Shown piece after piece: positions 17,216 through 24,813 of a DNA stretch of 32,000 nt (the first letter of the stretch is position 1; every line of letters starts with the position of its first letter). The stretch spans positions 5,280,001 through 5,312,000 of the forward strand of contig NC_014148.1 of the NCBI RefSeq assembly GCF_000092105.1. Reading direction: 5' to 3'. The position numbers and the translations under genes are program-made. The notes beneath the pieces are model-generated. The model ran no database searches. It saw only the letters and a list, made by a program, of their open reading frames with translations, and had not been told where the DNA came from. Origin of the DNA: Planctopirus limnophila DSM 3776 (lineage in GTDB: Bacteria; Planctomycetota; Planctomycetia; Planctomycetales; Planctomycetaceae).

Positions 17216-18436
17216 ATGCCCGCAAACTCCATGCAGAATGCCGAAGTCACCAATCATCGTCGCTCAGGATCGGCGTCAACTGCTGGTCACGACAGACTTT
17301 GCGTTGACACTTTCGGAGGCCATTTTTACACTCCCGACGACCTCGCCGGGCAGGATTCCGGCCTTTGGGTGGTTTGCAGTGTTTGGGCAAGGAGGCGTCG
17401 CGTGTCGACGATCAGCCACATCCTGAAGAGCCTTCATTGCCCGGTGCTGTGGCTTGCGTCGAGCTGTTTCCTGATGCTTAGCGGCTGTGCTGATGGCCTG
17501 TGGTCTGGCACTGAAGATCATCAACTGGGCCCCTGGCCTGAGCCTGTCGTGATCGTGATTGGCGAGAGTTCCAGCGAGATGATTGACGTTTCCCACATCG
17601 AGTCAGCCAACGCCTCGAACAGTGCTGCAACTTTAGACGCTCAAGAGCCACAACGAATGGCTCATCAAGCGGCCAAACCTGTGATCGATGATGTCCGCCA
17701 TCTCGATGAAACACCTGGCTCGACAGGTCTCGTCATTCAGGTGAGACACGAATCAACCGCCCACGAATCGATGCGGCTGGCGCAGGCACTCTTTGCCATT
17801 CAACCTGAGATCGACTCACCACGAGAACAGGCTGCCAACGGATCGGTGGTCAAGTCTTTGCCATTCATTCATCAGCCGGCGAAAAGCCCGCTCAAGCCGT
17901 GGAAATACCTTGTGCTGCATCACACGGCAACGACATCGGGAGATGTCGAGAGCATTCATCAGAGTCACTTGAAGAACAAAGATCGATCGGGCAATCGCTG
18001 GCTGGGGATTGGTTATCACTTTGTGATTGGCAATGGTGATGGCATGCCCGATGGTGAGATTGCCCCGACTTTTCGGTGGCATCAGCAACTGCCGGGAGCC
18101 CATGCCGGAAACAAAGAGTTTAACGACTGCGGGATTGGCATCGTGCTGGTCGGAAACTTTGCGAAAAAACCACCCACAGAAGCTCAAGTCAGCGCTACCA
18201 AACGCCTCGTTTCTGATTTAGCTAATGAGTTCGTGATCGAGAGTTCCTGCATTATTGGCCATGGGACGGTCAGGGCTACGGAATGCCCTGGTCGCTACTT
18301 TCCTATGGATGTTGTCAAGAAGGGTCTCGGGATTGGTCATGAAGGCCAGCCTGATGCCGAGCCACCGCATGCCACACCGCCCGGAAAAACTGCGGCAGCG
18401 ACTCCCCGTCGCACGAAGGGAAGCAATTCGCAATGA
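17216..18436 (+). CDS. N-acetylmuramoyl-L-alanine amidase (Amidase_2 / PGRP-AmpD fold), membrane- or lipid-anchored
   Basis: Amidase_2 hallmarks: LVLHHTAT, GIGYHFVIGNGDG, PGAHAG..FNDCGIGIVLVGNF and GHGTVRATECPGRYFP. Two plausible starts exist. ATG 17216 has AGGAG 7 nt upstream. GTG 17402 has a perfect AAGGAGG (17389-17395) 6 nt upstream and yields a lipoprotein signal ...WLASSCFLMLSG|C. Confidence 0.85.
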   Translation: MPANSMQNAEVTNHRRSGSASTAGHDRLCVDTFGGHFYTPDDLAGQDSGLWVVCSVWARRRRVSTISHILKSLHCPVLWLASSCFLMLSGCADGLWSGTEDHQLGPWPEPVVIVIGESSSEMIDVSHIESANASNSAATLDAQEPQRMAHQAAKPVIDDVRHLDETPGSTGLVIQVRHESTAHESMRLAQALFAIQPEIDSPREQAANGSVVKSLPFIHQPAKSPLKPWKYLVLHHTATTSGDVESIHQSHLKNKDRSGNRWLGIGYHFVIGNGDGMPDGEIAPTFRWHQQLPGAHAGNKEFNDCGIGIVLVGNFAKKPPTEAQVSATKRLVSDLANEFVIESSCIIGHGTVRATECPGRYFPMDVVKKGLGIGHEGQPDAEPPHATPPGKTAAATPRRTKGSNSQ

Positions 18437-19200
18437 ACGGCAATTCACAGTCGCATTCCTCCGACGATCAGTTTTTTACTCATGATCGGCATCAACCGGT
18501 GCACTATCCGGTTTATCCCGAGATCGATGCCAAACCCGATCAGGGTGAGTTCTCGAAAGGTTCGGGAACAAATCACGTCTGGCAAGCAGAAGTTGTGCTG
18601 CCTGAGAAGCACGAGCCCGCCTATGCGTACCCTGTTCTCATCTGGTTGCATGGTGATGGCCAGAATGAAGCAGACGGGATTGCGGCCATTCATCGCGCCA
18701 GTGACCAGAACATGATTGGCATTGCACTGCGTGGCGATACCACCGTTCGCGGGGGCTATGCCTGGAATGCTGATCCGCTGGCTCTGGCGAGCTTTATCGA
18801 TGCGCTGATCTTGAGTCTGTCTGTCCAGCATCGCATTCATACAGATCGCATCTTTATTGGTGGGTATGAATCGGGAGCGAATCTGGCACTGCAACTCCTC
18901 CTGGCCAGCCCGGCCACTTACTGTGGAGCGGCTGTCCTTTGCCCACTGATGAAGTCACTGTCACTTCCCGCAGAAATGACACGCCTGGCCCGCGGGCGCA
19001 AAGTGCTGGTCGCTTCTCAACTGAGTGGCAGCCCGACTCATCTGATTGACCTCGTCGAGTTTGATCGTCATCTGGAACATCTCGGACTTGATGTCCGTTC
19101 GTGCTATTATCAGCCCACCGCTCGAAAACTGACTCAGCGAATGCTCCGCGATGTCGATCACTGGATGATCAGCACACTTTCCTCAGCAGTCGGGGTTTAG
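18433..19200 (+). CDS. Alpha/beta hydrolase (phospholipase/carboxylesterase-like), no signal peptide
   Basis: YPVLIWLHGDGQNEADG and IFIGGYESGANLALQ resemble the carboxylesterase fold. The start ATG overlaps the amidase stop (ATGA at 18433-18436). The nucleophile elbow is non-canonical (G-Y-E-S-G-A, 18859-18879). Confidence 0.65.
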   Translation: MNGNSQSHSSDDQFFTHDRHQPVHYPVYPEIDAKPDQGEFSKGSGTNHVWQAEVVLPEKHEPAYAYPVLIWLHGDGQNEADGIAAIHRASDQNMIGIALRGDTTVRGGYAWNADPLALASFIDALILSLSVQHRIHTDRIFIGGYESGANLALQLLLASPATYCGAAVLCPLMKSLSLPAEMTRLARGRKVLVASQLSGSPTHLIDLVEFDRHLEHLGLDVRSCYYQPTARKLTQRMLRDVDHWMISTLSSAVGV

Positions 19201-19329
19201 CTCTGGCTGTTTGGCCTTAGGACGCTGCCGGACCTTCTGTGCGATTTCCAGAGGAGGTTCGGCAGGTCGCACTTCATTCATCCATTTATTTATTCATGCG
19301 AACGGAAGTTCCAGCAGAAAGCCAACGCC

Positions 19330-19740
19330 ATGTCAGGAAATGTGGGCGCTGGTCGTCATGCCGATGAGCTGGCCATTCGGACGGTCCAGTATCGCTGGCT
19401 GGAAGCGACGAGGAAGTTCGATCGGCAGGTGCTCAGTTCGCTCATGACAGATGACGTGGTGTTCCTCACGCCAGGGCGCCTGCCTTTCGGAAAGGAAGAG
19501 TTTCTGGCGGCTTGCGAGCAGAACGACCAGCGGGTGATCATTGAAGCGTCGGCGACCTTTGAGGAAATCGTGATTGTCGAGCCAATGGCCTACACGCGGA
19601 CGCATCTGCACATCAAGGTGACACCGCGCAGCGGAGGTGCAGTGCGCGAACTGGCCGGCCATGCGATGTCGATCTTTCGCAGGTCTATGTTTGGAGAGTG
19701 GCAACTGGCGCGAGATGCGAATCTGGTGGTGCCAATTTAA
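19330..19740 (+). CDS. SnoaL/DUF4440-like (NTF2-fold) small protein
   Basis: 136 aa. The pattern ELAIRTVQYRWLEATRKFDRQVLSSLMTDDVVFLTPG...FGEWQLARD is typical of DUF4440/SgcJ-EcaC NTF2-like proteins. Confidence 0.65.
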   Translation: MSGNVGAGRHADELAIRTVQYRWLEATRKFDRQVLSSLMTDDVVFLTPGRLPFGKEEFLAACEQNDQRVIIEASATFEEIVIVEPMAYTRTHLHIKVTPRSGGAVRELAGHAMSIFRRSMFGEWQLARDANLVVPI

Positions 19741-19876
19741 TGCTGGCAGATCTCTGGCGACCAAAGTGAATACACGGTGGTGGCTCGGAGATTACAGACT
19801 GTTTACGGGATTTTTTAGATCCATCACGAATTCAGGGATATCTGCTAATTCCTCAGCCGGCATGAATGTTATGTCG

Positions 19877-19911
19877 ATCAAAAATGGTGCATTCCGAGGA
19901 CTTCATGCACC
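19877..19911 (-). terminator. Intrinsic terminator candidate after the 187-aa gene
   Basis: The minus-strand RNA reads UAA GGUGCAU GAAGUCCUCGGA AUGCACC AUUUUUGAU. This gives a 7-bp stem (19886-19892 with 19905-19911), a 12-nt loop and a U-tract, starting 3 nt after the stop codon. Confidence 0.5.
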
Positions 19912-19914
19912 TTA

Positions 19915-20478
19915 CTAAGAATCGTCTTCACTACGAACGGAGAATTTGGTTCCGTGAAGCCTGTTGATGTTGTCACGCACTTCCCCTCTTGTGACACCGT
20001 ACTTGCGACGAAGTATGCGACGAACCGTTGAGGTGCCATACATTTCCGAAAAGCCTGCTAACTGCTTCTGGCAATCTCCCCAACCATCTTTTTGACAATC
20101 CGTGTACAAGCCGGGAAGTTGCTTCAGGGAAGGCCCGAGGCTCTGGTCAAAAGGATTCATCGGTGATTCTGCGAACAATCGATGTGACCGAAGAAACTCT
20201 ACAAGGCACTCAGACCACCCTTGTTGATAACAACCCGGATAGTCACGCTTTAGATTCCATTCGACCGTTTGGTTACCAATGGTTTGCCAAACGAATGTTT
20301 CTGGCAAGTCGTCTGGGATTTTGACGACCATTTGCAATGAAATCCGATCTGCGAGCACTTCATCTCGCAAACGGAATCCCGCAAGAGCCGAAAGTCCCAG
20401 CAGCAACAGAATCACAACCAGGTTGCAGGGATATTGGCATATCAGTGAGATGGCATTCTTGCGGATTGCCTGAGACAT
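19915..20478 (-). CDS. Small membrane-anchored hypothetical protein with twin C-x3-G-W-x2-C motifs
   Basis: 187 aa with an N-terminal TM segment (CNLVVILLLLGLSALAGF). Two repeats are present, CYQQGWSEC (20206-20232) and CQKDGWGDC (20071-20097), and the C-terminal tail is basic. There is no SD and the local GC is lower than in neighbouring genes. Coding status rests on ORF length, the repeated motif and the downstream terminator. Confidence 0.55.
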   Translation of the reverse strand: MSQAIRKNAISLICQYPCNLVVILLLLGLSALAGFRLRDEVLADRISLQMVVKIPDDLPETFVWQTIGNQTVEWNLKRDYPGCYQQGWSECLVEFLRSHRLFAESPMNPFDQSLGPSLKQLPGLYTDCQKDGWGDCQKQLAGFSEMYGTSTVRRILRRKYGVTRGEVRDNINRLHGTKFSVRSEDDS

Positions 20479-20717
20479 AACGCAGTGAACTCGACTGATG
20501 TTGTCTGTCAGTGACGCAGAATAAATATGATCTGTACAAGTTCTGGATGGATACTACACACAGATGGAACAATAGTGAATGAGATATTGAATTGCGATGA
20601 GCGAGAGAAGGATTATGGTTCTATTCTCTGTTGCTGTTACCAATTTCTATGTACGCATTATAGGCAGTATATGATTGACAGGTTCACGGCAGAAGCATTG
20701 TTAGCGATGATTTACGA

Positions 20718-23240
20718 TCACTTCAACGTCCCTTCAATCATCTTGAGGAGTTTGCGGCCTTCGTCTCTTGCGGTTTGCCACCACGCTTCCCAGTGATCCT
20801 GACGCGCGTGATGTGCATTGAGTAATAGCAATCCCTGGGCCTCAGGAAGCTGGGCAATGAGCAGGGGGATCAGGTATTCATCGATTCCATAGAGCCTGTT
20901 AGGTGTCTCTGGTGTGCCCGATTCAAGAGTTGTGGTACGTGCTTCCAGTCGAGTGGCGACCGGCACCCAGTGCCTGATCGTCGAGTGAAAGACCTCCTGA
21001 TGGTATTGAACGACTTCGCGAACGGACACTTCTTTGGCGCTTGTCGCTGCTGGATTGAGGAATTGATAAGGGGGTGACCATTCGAGAGTCGGTCTCAGCA
21101 GATCGACTTTGGAAATGACACCCACGAGAAGTGGCGGTCGCTCCTGGGGATGCTGCTGGAAGTATTCCTGCAGTCGATGCATCAATTGCACATCTGGATC
21201 TTTAGCGGGATTGTTGGCAGCCATGACGAGCAGGACGACTTCGGCTTGCCGGGCTGCTTCAAGAATCGCTGCAAACTGCCTGGGAGAGAGTGTGGCATCG
21301 GTGTAGCCGGGAGTATCGAGGAGAACCACTTCGCCTGCGGACATGGGCAGGAGGCAGTGATATTCCGCCACACCTGAAGTGGCGGGGAGGACATCGACAA
21401 AGGCGGCCTGCTGCCTGAGGATGGCATTGATCAGGCTCGATTTTCCTGCTTTTACCTGCCCGACAACGGCCAGTTTGACCAGCGGGCTTAATGAGTCTTC
21501 GGCCTCACGTTCAACGGGAACCTCAGGTTGAGAATCGGATTTGTGTGAAGACGCTACAGGGGTGGCGGCTGCCAGAGAGAAGTTTTCGTCGATGATCAGT
21601 GGAGCGGGATGCCAGCTTTTCATTTGGGCATCGGCCAGACGAATTCCCGCCAGCCTCCAGCAGCGGGAGTACTCGTTGCGTAACCAGTCGTTGAACTGAT
21701 CTTTGGAGATGGAGACGAGATTACCTGCCAGTTCGGCAGCAATGGTCCAGCCGATATTCTTGACGATCTCTGCCGGTGTTAAGGCGCGAATCCAGCGTGT
21801 CAGATTCCATGTTTTGCCAAGGGTGTCGAGCATGGGCCTCGTTTGCTCATAAGTCTCTCTGGCCTGAGTGGCTCGCTGTAGCCAGGTTTCGACCTGTCCG
21901 ATGGTTAGTACTGTGGAAAGGGGCCAGGCAGCCATCATGGGCTCAAGATCGATCGCCAGAGATTCCACAACCATCAAGCCTTCGGGGACAGTGAGATCTT
22001 CCAGATGCAATCGACCGCGAGCACCAAGTGAGTTCCCGATCTTGCTCATCAACAACTGAAGATCCTTGCGGTAAGGATCGAATGTTTGAGCGGGAGGCCA
22101 GGGTCGCTCTTTGGCAAACGAGCCGATGGTTTCATCGATCGCCATGCGTGTGGACTGGCTGATGGGGGCTCTTTTCTGGGAAGACCACCAGTAGAAGGAG
22201 AGGCTCCAGCAGAGGGCTGTGACGATTCCCAGTGGCAGCCACCATTCATCCACAATCATTGCGTAAATGCCAATCAGCGCCAGCCAGAGATAAGGGATCA
22301 GCAGCAAGGTGTAAATCAGCCAGACACGCCAGGTGATGGGAAGTATCGGGCGGCGAACAGCCGGGGTAGTCTTTGCCAGTTTTCGTTCGAGTTCGGTGTA
22401 TGCCTTGCTTCCCTTGCGCAAGGCTCCATTCGATAACGAGATCATCAATGTTCCGGCTTCACCAGCGATCTGTAGTAAAGCCGCCTGGAGAAACTCTCGG
22501 GAAAGCCCGTCCTGACAACGCCTCCAGATCAATCGGGGAATGATCACCAGCAGTAAAAAACTTATCATCCCACGAGCGAGTACCAAGCCGGTTTCCGATT
22601 CAAAAACGGTCGCGGCGAGGGCAGAGATCAGTAGCAGGAGACCACCGACGCCTGCTGCAATGCGATCAATCTGAATCTGGCGCCTCCGATAGATATTGGA
22701 AGCTCCCATGAGGAGCAGGCCTTCACGTGCGGAGATGATTTCGATCCCGGGAATGGCACTTGTCAGCCAATGGCGGAGTGATCGGGCAGCCAGACTTGCC
22801 ATGGCGACCAGTTCAATCACAGTGCGATCGCTGTAGGGTTGAGCGACACCGGGCCGGTAAATCTGCGCAATCGTACGGGCCATGCTCCCCAGTGCATCGA
22901 CGAGAAGTTGAAATCGAGCCTGAGGCGCGGGTGTTTGTTGTAGCTGGTGTTCGAGCTCGAGCTCGGCTTTCTGGACAATCTCGTAGGCTGCTTGATCCTG
23001 CCGGGAGACTCCTGTGGGCATGACGATCGGCGGGTGAGGAAAGAGTTTTTTACTCAGGATCCATTGGCGGAGCAGCAGTAAAGCGAATGACCAGCACAGG
23101 AGAGCCAGGACTGAGGTATAGCCTGTGAAAGCACTGAGGAGTGGTCGCCAGATCCAGTCGAGAATGCCAGCGATCATCGCACCGATCAGGGGGAGTACGA
23201 AGAGTAACCCTGGGCCATAGCGGTAGATCAATCGCGACAT
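20718..23240 (-). CDS. Polytopic membrane protein with a C-terminal P-loop GTPase domain (TRAFAC / MMR_HSR1-like)
   Basis: G1 is GQVKAGKS (21438-21461), G3 is DTPG (21306-21317) and G4 is SKVD (21102-21113). The N-terminal 600 aa contain several hydrophobic helices. The ORF is open to TTG 23306. ATG 23240 (MSRLIYRYGPG...), with GGAG upstream, is the likelier start. Confidence 0.8.
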   Translation of the reverse strand: MSRLIYRYGPGLLFVLPLIGAMIAGILDWIWRPLLSAFTGYTSVLALLCWSFALLLLRQWILSKKLFPHPPIVMPTGVSRQDQAAYEIVQKAELELEHQLQQTPAPQARFQLLVDALGSMARTIAQIYRPGVAQPYSDRTVIELVAMASLAARSLRHWLTSAIPGIEIISAREGLLLMGASNIYRRRQIQIDRIAAGVGGLLLLISALAATVFESETGLVLARGMISFLLLVIIPRLIWRRCQDGLSREFLQAALLQIAGEAGTLMISLSNGALRKGSKAYTELERKLAKTTPAVRRPILPITWRVWLIYTLLLIPYLWLALIGIYAMIVDEWWLPLGIVTALCWSLSFYWWSSQKRAPISQSTRMAIDETIGSFAKERPWPPAQTFDPYRKDLQLLMSKIGNSLGARGRLHLEDLTVPEGLMVVESLAIDLEPMMAAWPLSTVLTIGQVETWLQRATQARETYEQTRPMLDTLGKTWNLTRWIRALTPAEIVKNIGWTIAAELAGNLVSISKDQFNDWLRNEYSRCWRLAGIRLADAQMKSWHPAPLIIDENFSLAAATPVASSHKSDSQPEVPVEREAEDSLSPLVKLAVVGQVKAGKSSLINAILRQQAAFVDVLPATSGVAEYHCLLPMSAGEVVLLDTPGYTDATLSPRQFAAILEAARQAEVVLLVMAANNPAKDPDVQLMHRLQEYFQQHPQERPPLLVGVISKVDLLRPTLEWSPPYQFLNPAATSAKEVSVREVVQYHQEVFHSTIRHWVPVATRLEARTTTLESGTPETPNRLYGIDEYLIPLLIAQLPEAQGLLLLNAHHARQDHWEAWWQTARDEGRKLLKMIEGTLK

Positions 23241-23414
23241 CCTGAGGATTCTCCAGGTCGGGACGAAGGCATAGCAGACGACGCGAGCAATCAAAGAACA
23301 ACACAAATCGTTATTTATAAGGCAGTTGTGAAAAGCAAGTGGTGCTGAATACTGATGTCAGTCCGCTGGATTCTACTACGATGAGATTTCAGTCTGCTTG
23401 GCGAAATTCCCGGG

Positions 23415-23530
23415 AACTCGTTCCGAATCAGGTGGTGGCAGAGTTCTGGACAACTCGTTAGAATCCGGGAGAGTCTGTATCAACAACGTAGCAGATTTAT
23501 CCTTTTCAACGAAAGAACAGGCAACGAGTT
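23415..23530 (+). promoter_or_regulatory. infA leader with two direct AACTCGTT octamers and the inverted copy AACGAGTT abutting the start codon
   Basis: AACTCGTT lies at 23415-23422 and 23452-23459, each followed by (cc/a)GAATC. The reverse complement AACGAGTT lies at 23523-23530, immediately 5' of ATG 23531. Pairing is possible but not demonstrated. Confidence 0.3.
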
Positions 23531-23749
23531 ATGGCGAAAGAAGAAGCCATCGAAGTGGATGGCGACGTCGTGGAGGCTCTGGCCAACACGCAATTTCGAG
23601 TATTGCTCTCGAATGGACATGAAGTTCTAGCTCACGTCGCGGGAAAAATGCGTAAACACTTCATCCGTATTGTGCCGGGTGACAAAGTGAAGGTGGAAGT
23701 GAGTCCTTACGATCTCAATCGTGGGCGAATTATCTTCCGCGAGCGTTAA
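23531..23749 (+). CDS. infA: Translation initiation factor IF-1
   Basis: 72 aa, [72 protein letters not shown]. This is the canonical IF-1 S1-fold sequence. Confidence 0.97.
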   Translation: MAKEEAIEVDGDVVEALANTQFRVLLSNGHEVLAHVAGKMRKHFIRIVPGDKVKVEVSPYDLNRGRIIFRER

Positions 23750-23981
23750 CAGATCGCGGTCTGCCCTGTGCTGGCCATCGCTGTCAATGCGCAAGGTATC
23801 GCATGCGCAGGTTACCTGTGCAAATCATGCTGCTGAGCGGAGATCCGCTCACCTTCAGCGATGTGGCGTTCGCTCTCAGCCCGGGCGGTTTTCATCCCCA
23901 GGGCTGGAGATGTTCGCCTGAGTGTGAGTGAACGTCTCGTTCCAAATTTTACGACTGGTTCATCCAGAGGTTTGCCAGACC

Positions 23982-24512
23982 ATGTCAGCTCATCAGGCCG
24001 GGTCAACTGCTACCTCTGCCAGCGTTGTGGATCAGGAACAGTCTGCACTTCCTTTTGTGCAGCTCTTTACAGACGGGGCATGCAGTGGCAATCCTGGCCC
24101 GGGTGGTTGGGGTTACATTCTCCGGCATCCCGCCTCTGGCAAAGAGAAAGAGGCCAGTGGTGGCCTGGCTGAGACCACCAACAACCAGATGGAACTGCAG
24201 GCTGTTATTGAAGGTCTTAAAGCCCTCAAAAGCCGTTCTCGGGTGGAAGTGGTGACCGATAGCAGCTACGTCGCCAAAGGGTCCTGCGAGTGGTTGCCCG
24301 GTTGGAAGCGTAATGGCTGGCAACGCAAAGAGGGCAAATCCTTCAAGCCGGTCAAAAACGTTGAATACTGGCAAGCTCTTGATCAACTACTCGCAAGGCA
24401 TCAGGTGCAGTTTAAGCTGATCAAGGGGCATGCCGGTCATGCGGAGAATGAGCGCTGCGATGTGCTGGCTGTCGCTGCTGCTGCCGCCGCCAAAGCCTCT
24501 GCCAACGGCTGA
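23982..24512 (+). CDS. rnhA: Ribonuclease HI
   Basis: The DEDD catalytic set is visible: [33 protein letters not shown] and ENERCDVLA. The track ORF starts at GTG 23928. ATG 23982 (MSAHQAG...) is the more likely start. Confidence 0.9.
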   Translation: MSAHQAGSTATSASVVDQEQSALPFVQLFTDGACSGNPGPGGWGYILRHPASGKEKEASGGLAETTNNQMELQAVIEGLKALKSRSRVEVVTDSSYVAKGSCEWLPGWKRNGWQRKEGKSFKPVKNVEYWQALDQLLARHQVQFKLIKGHAGHAENERCDVLAVAAAAAAKASANG

Positions 24513-24529
24513 TCGTCATTGTGGCTGAT

Positions 24530-24581
24530 GACCACGCCCTTCCGCACTGTTCAGTTTTCCGGGCCATCAGGTTCGTGCCAC
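24530..24581. repeat. Dispersed intergenic repeat, copy A (GACCACGCCCTTCCGCA ... TCGTGCCAC)
   Basis: The 17-mer at 24530-24546 is identical to 28955-28971. The 9-mer TCGTGCCAC at 24573-24581 recurs at 28984-28992. Copy A lies 18 nt after the rnhA stop. Confidence 0.6.
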
Positions 24582-24813
24582 ACAACGCGTGAAAAGAATA
24601 GCGGCAGCACACGCGAAACATGCGGCTTCCTGCTGTCGTCAGGATACGACCACCGAGATTATGAAGCGCTGGTGATCAGTTCGCCGACCGGTCCGTGATT
24701 TCCAGCGACAGTTCGCTTGGGATCGTCCTTAAAGTGTGATTGCGACTTTCCCATCGATAGACTCATGCCATGACTGGCCACTTGCCCCGATCCCTCCCTG
24801 AGAGAGGCTTTCC

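Noticed and set aside
16873-17257. An 89-aa plus ORF and a 110-aa minus ORF in the divergent gap between the 1083-aa gene and the amidase gene.
   Set aside because: They overlap each other. They are Cys/His/Arg-rich with no signal sequence, TM helix or known motif, and lack good initiation contexts. The region is more plausibly a promoter and leader.
20527-20796. An 89-aa plus ORF in the AT-rich spacer that overlaps the 3' end of the GTPase gene.
   Set aside because: It has a Cys/Tyr-rich odd composition with no initiation signal, and it runs antisense into a supported gene. It probably arises because stop codons happen to be absent in this frame.
23750-23981. A hairpin GAGCGG-agat-CCGCTC (23835-23850), considered as an infA terminator, and 64-66-aa ORFs in the infA-rnhA gap.
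   Set aside because: The hairpin is not followed by a T-tract, so a classical intrinsic terminator is not supported. The ORFs overlap each other and lack motifs.
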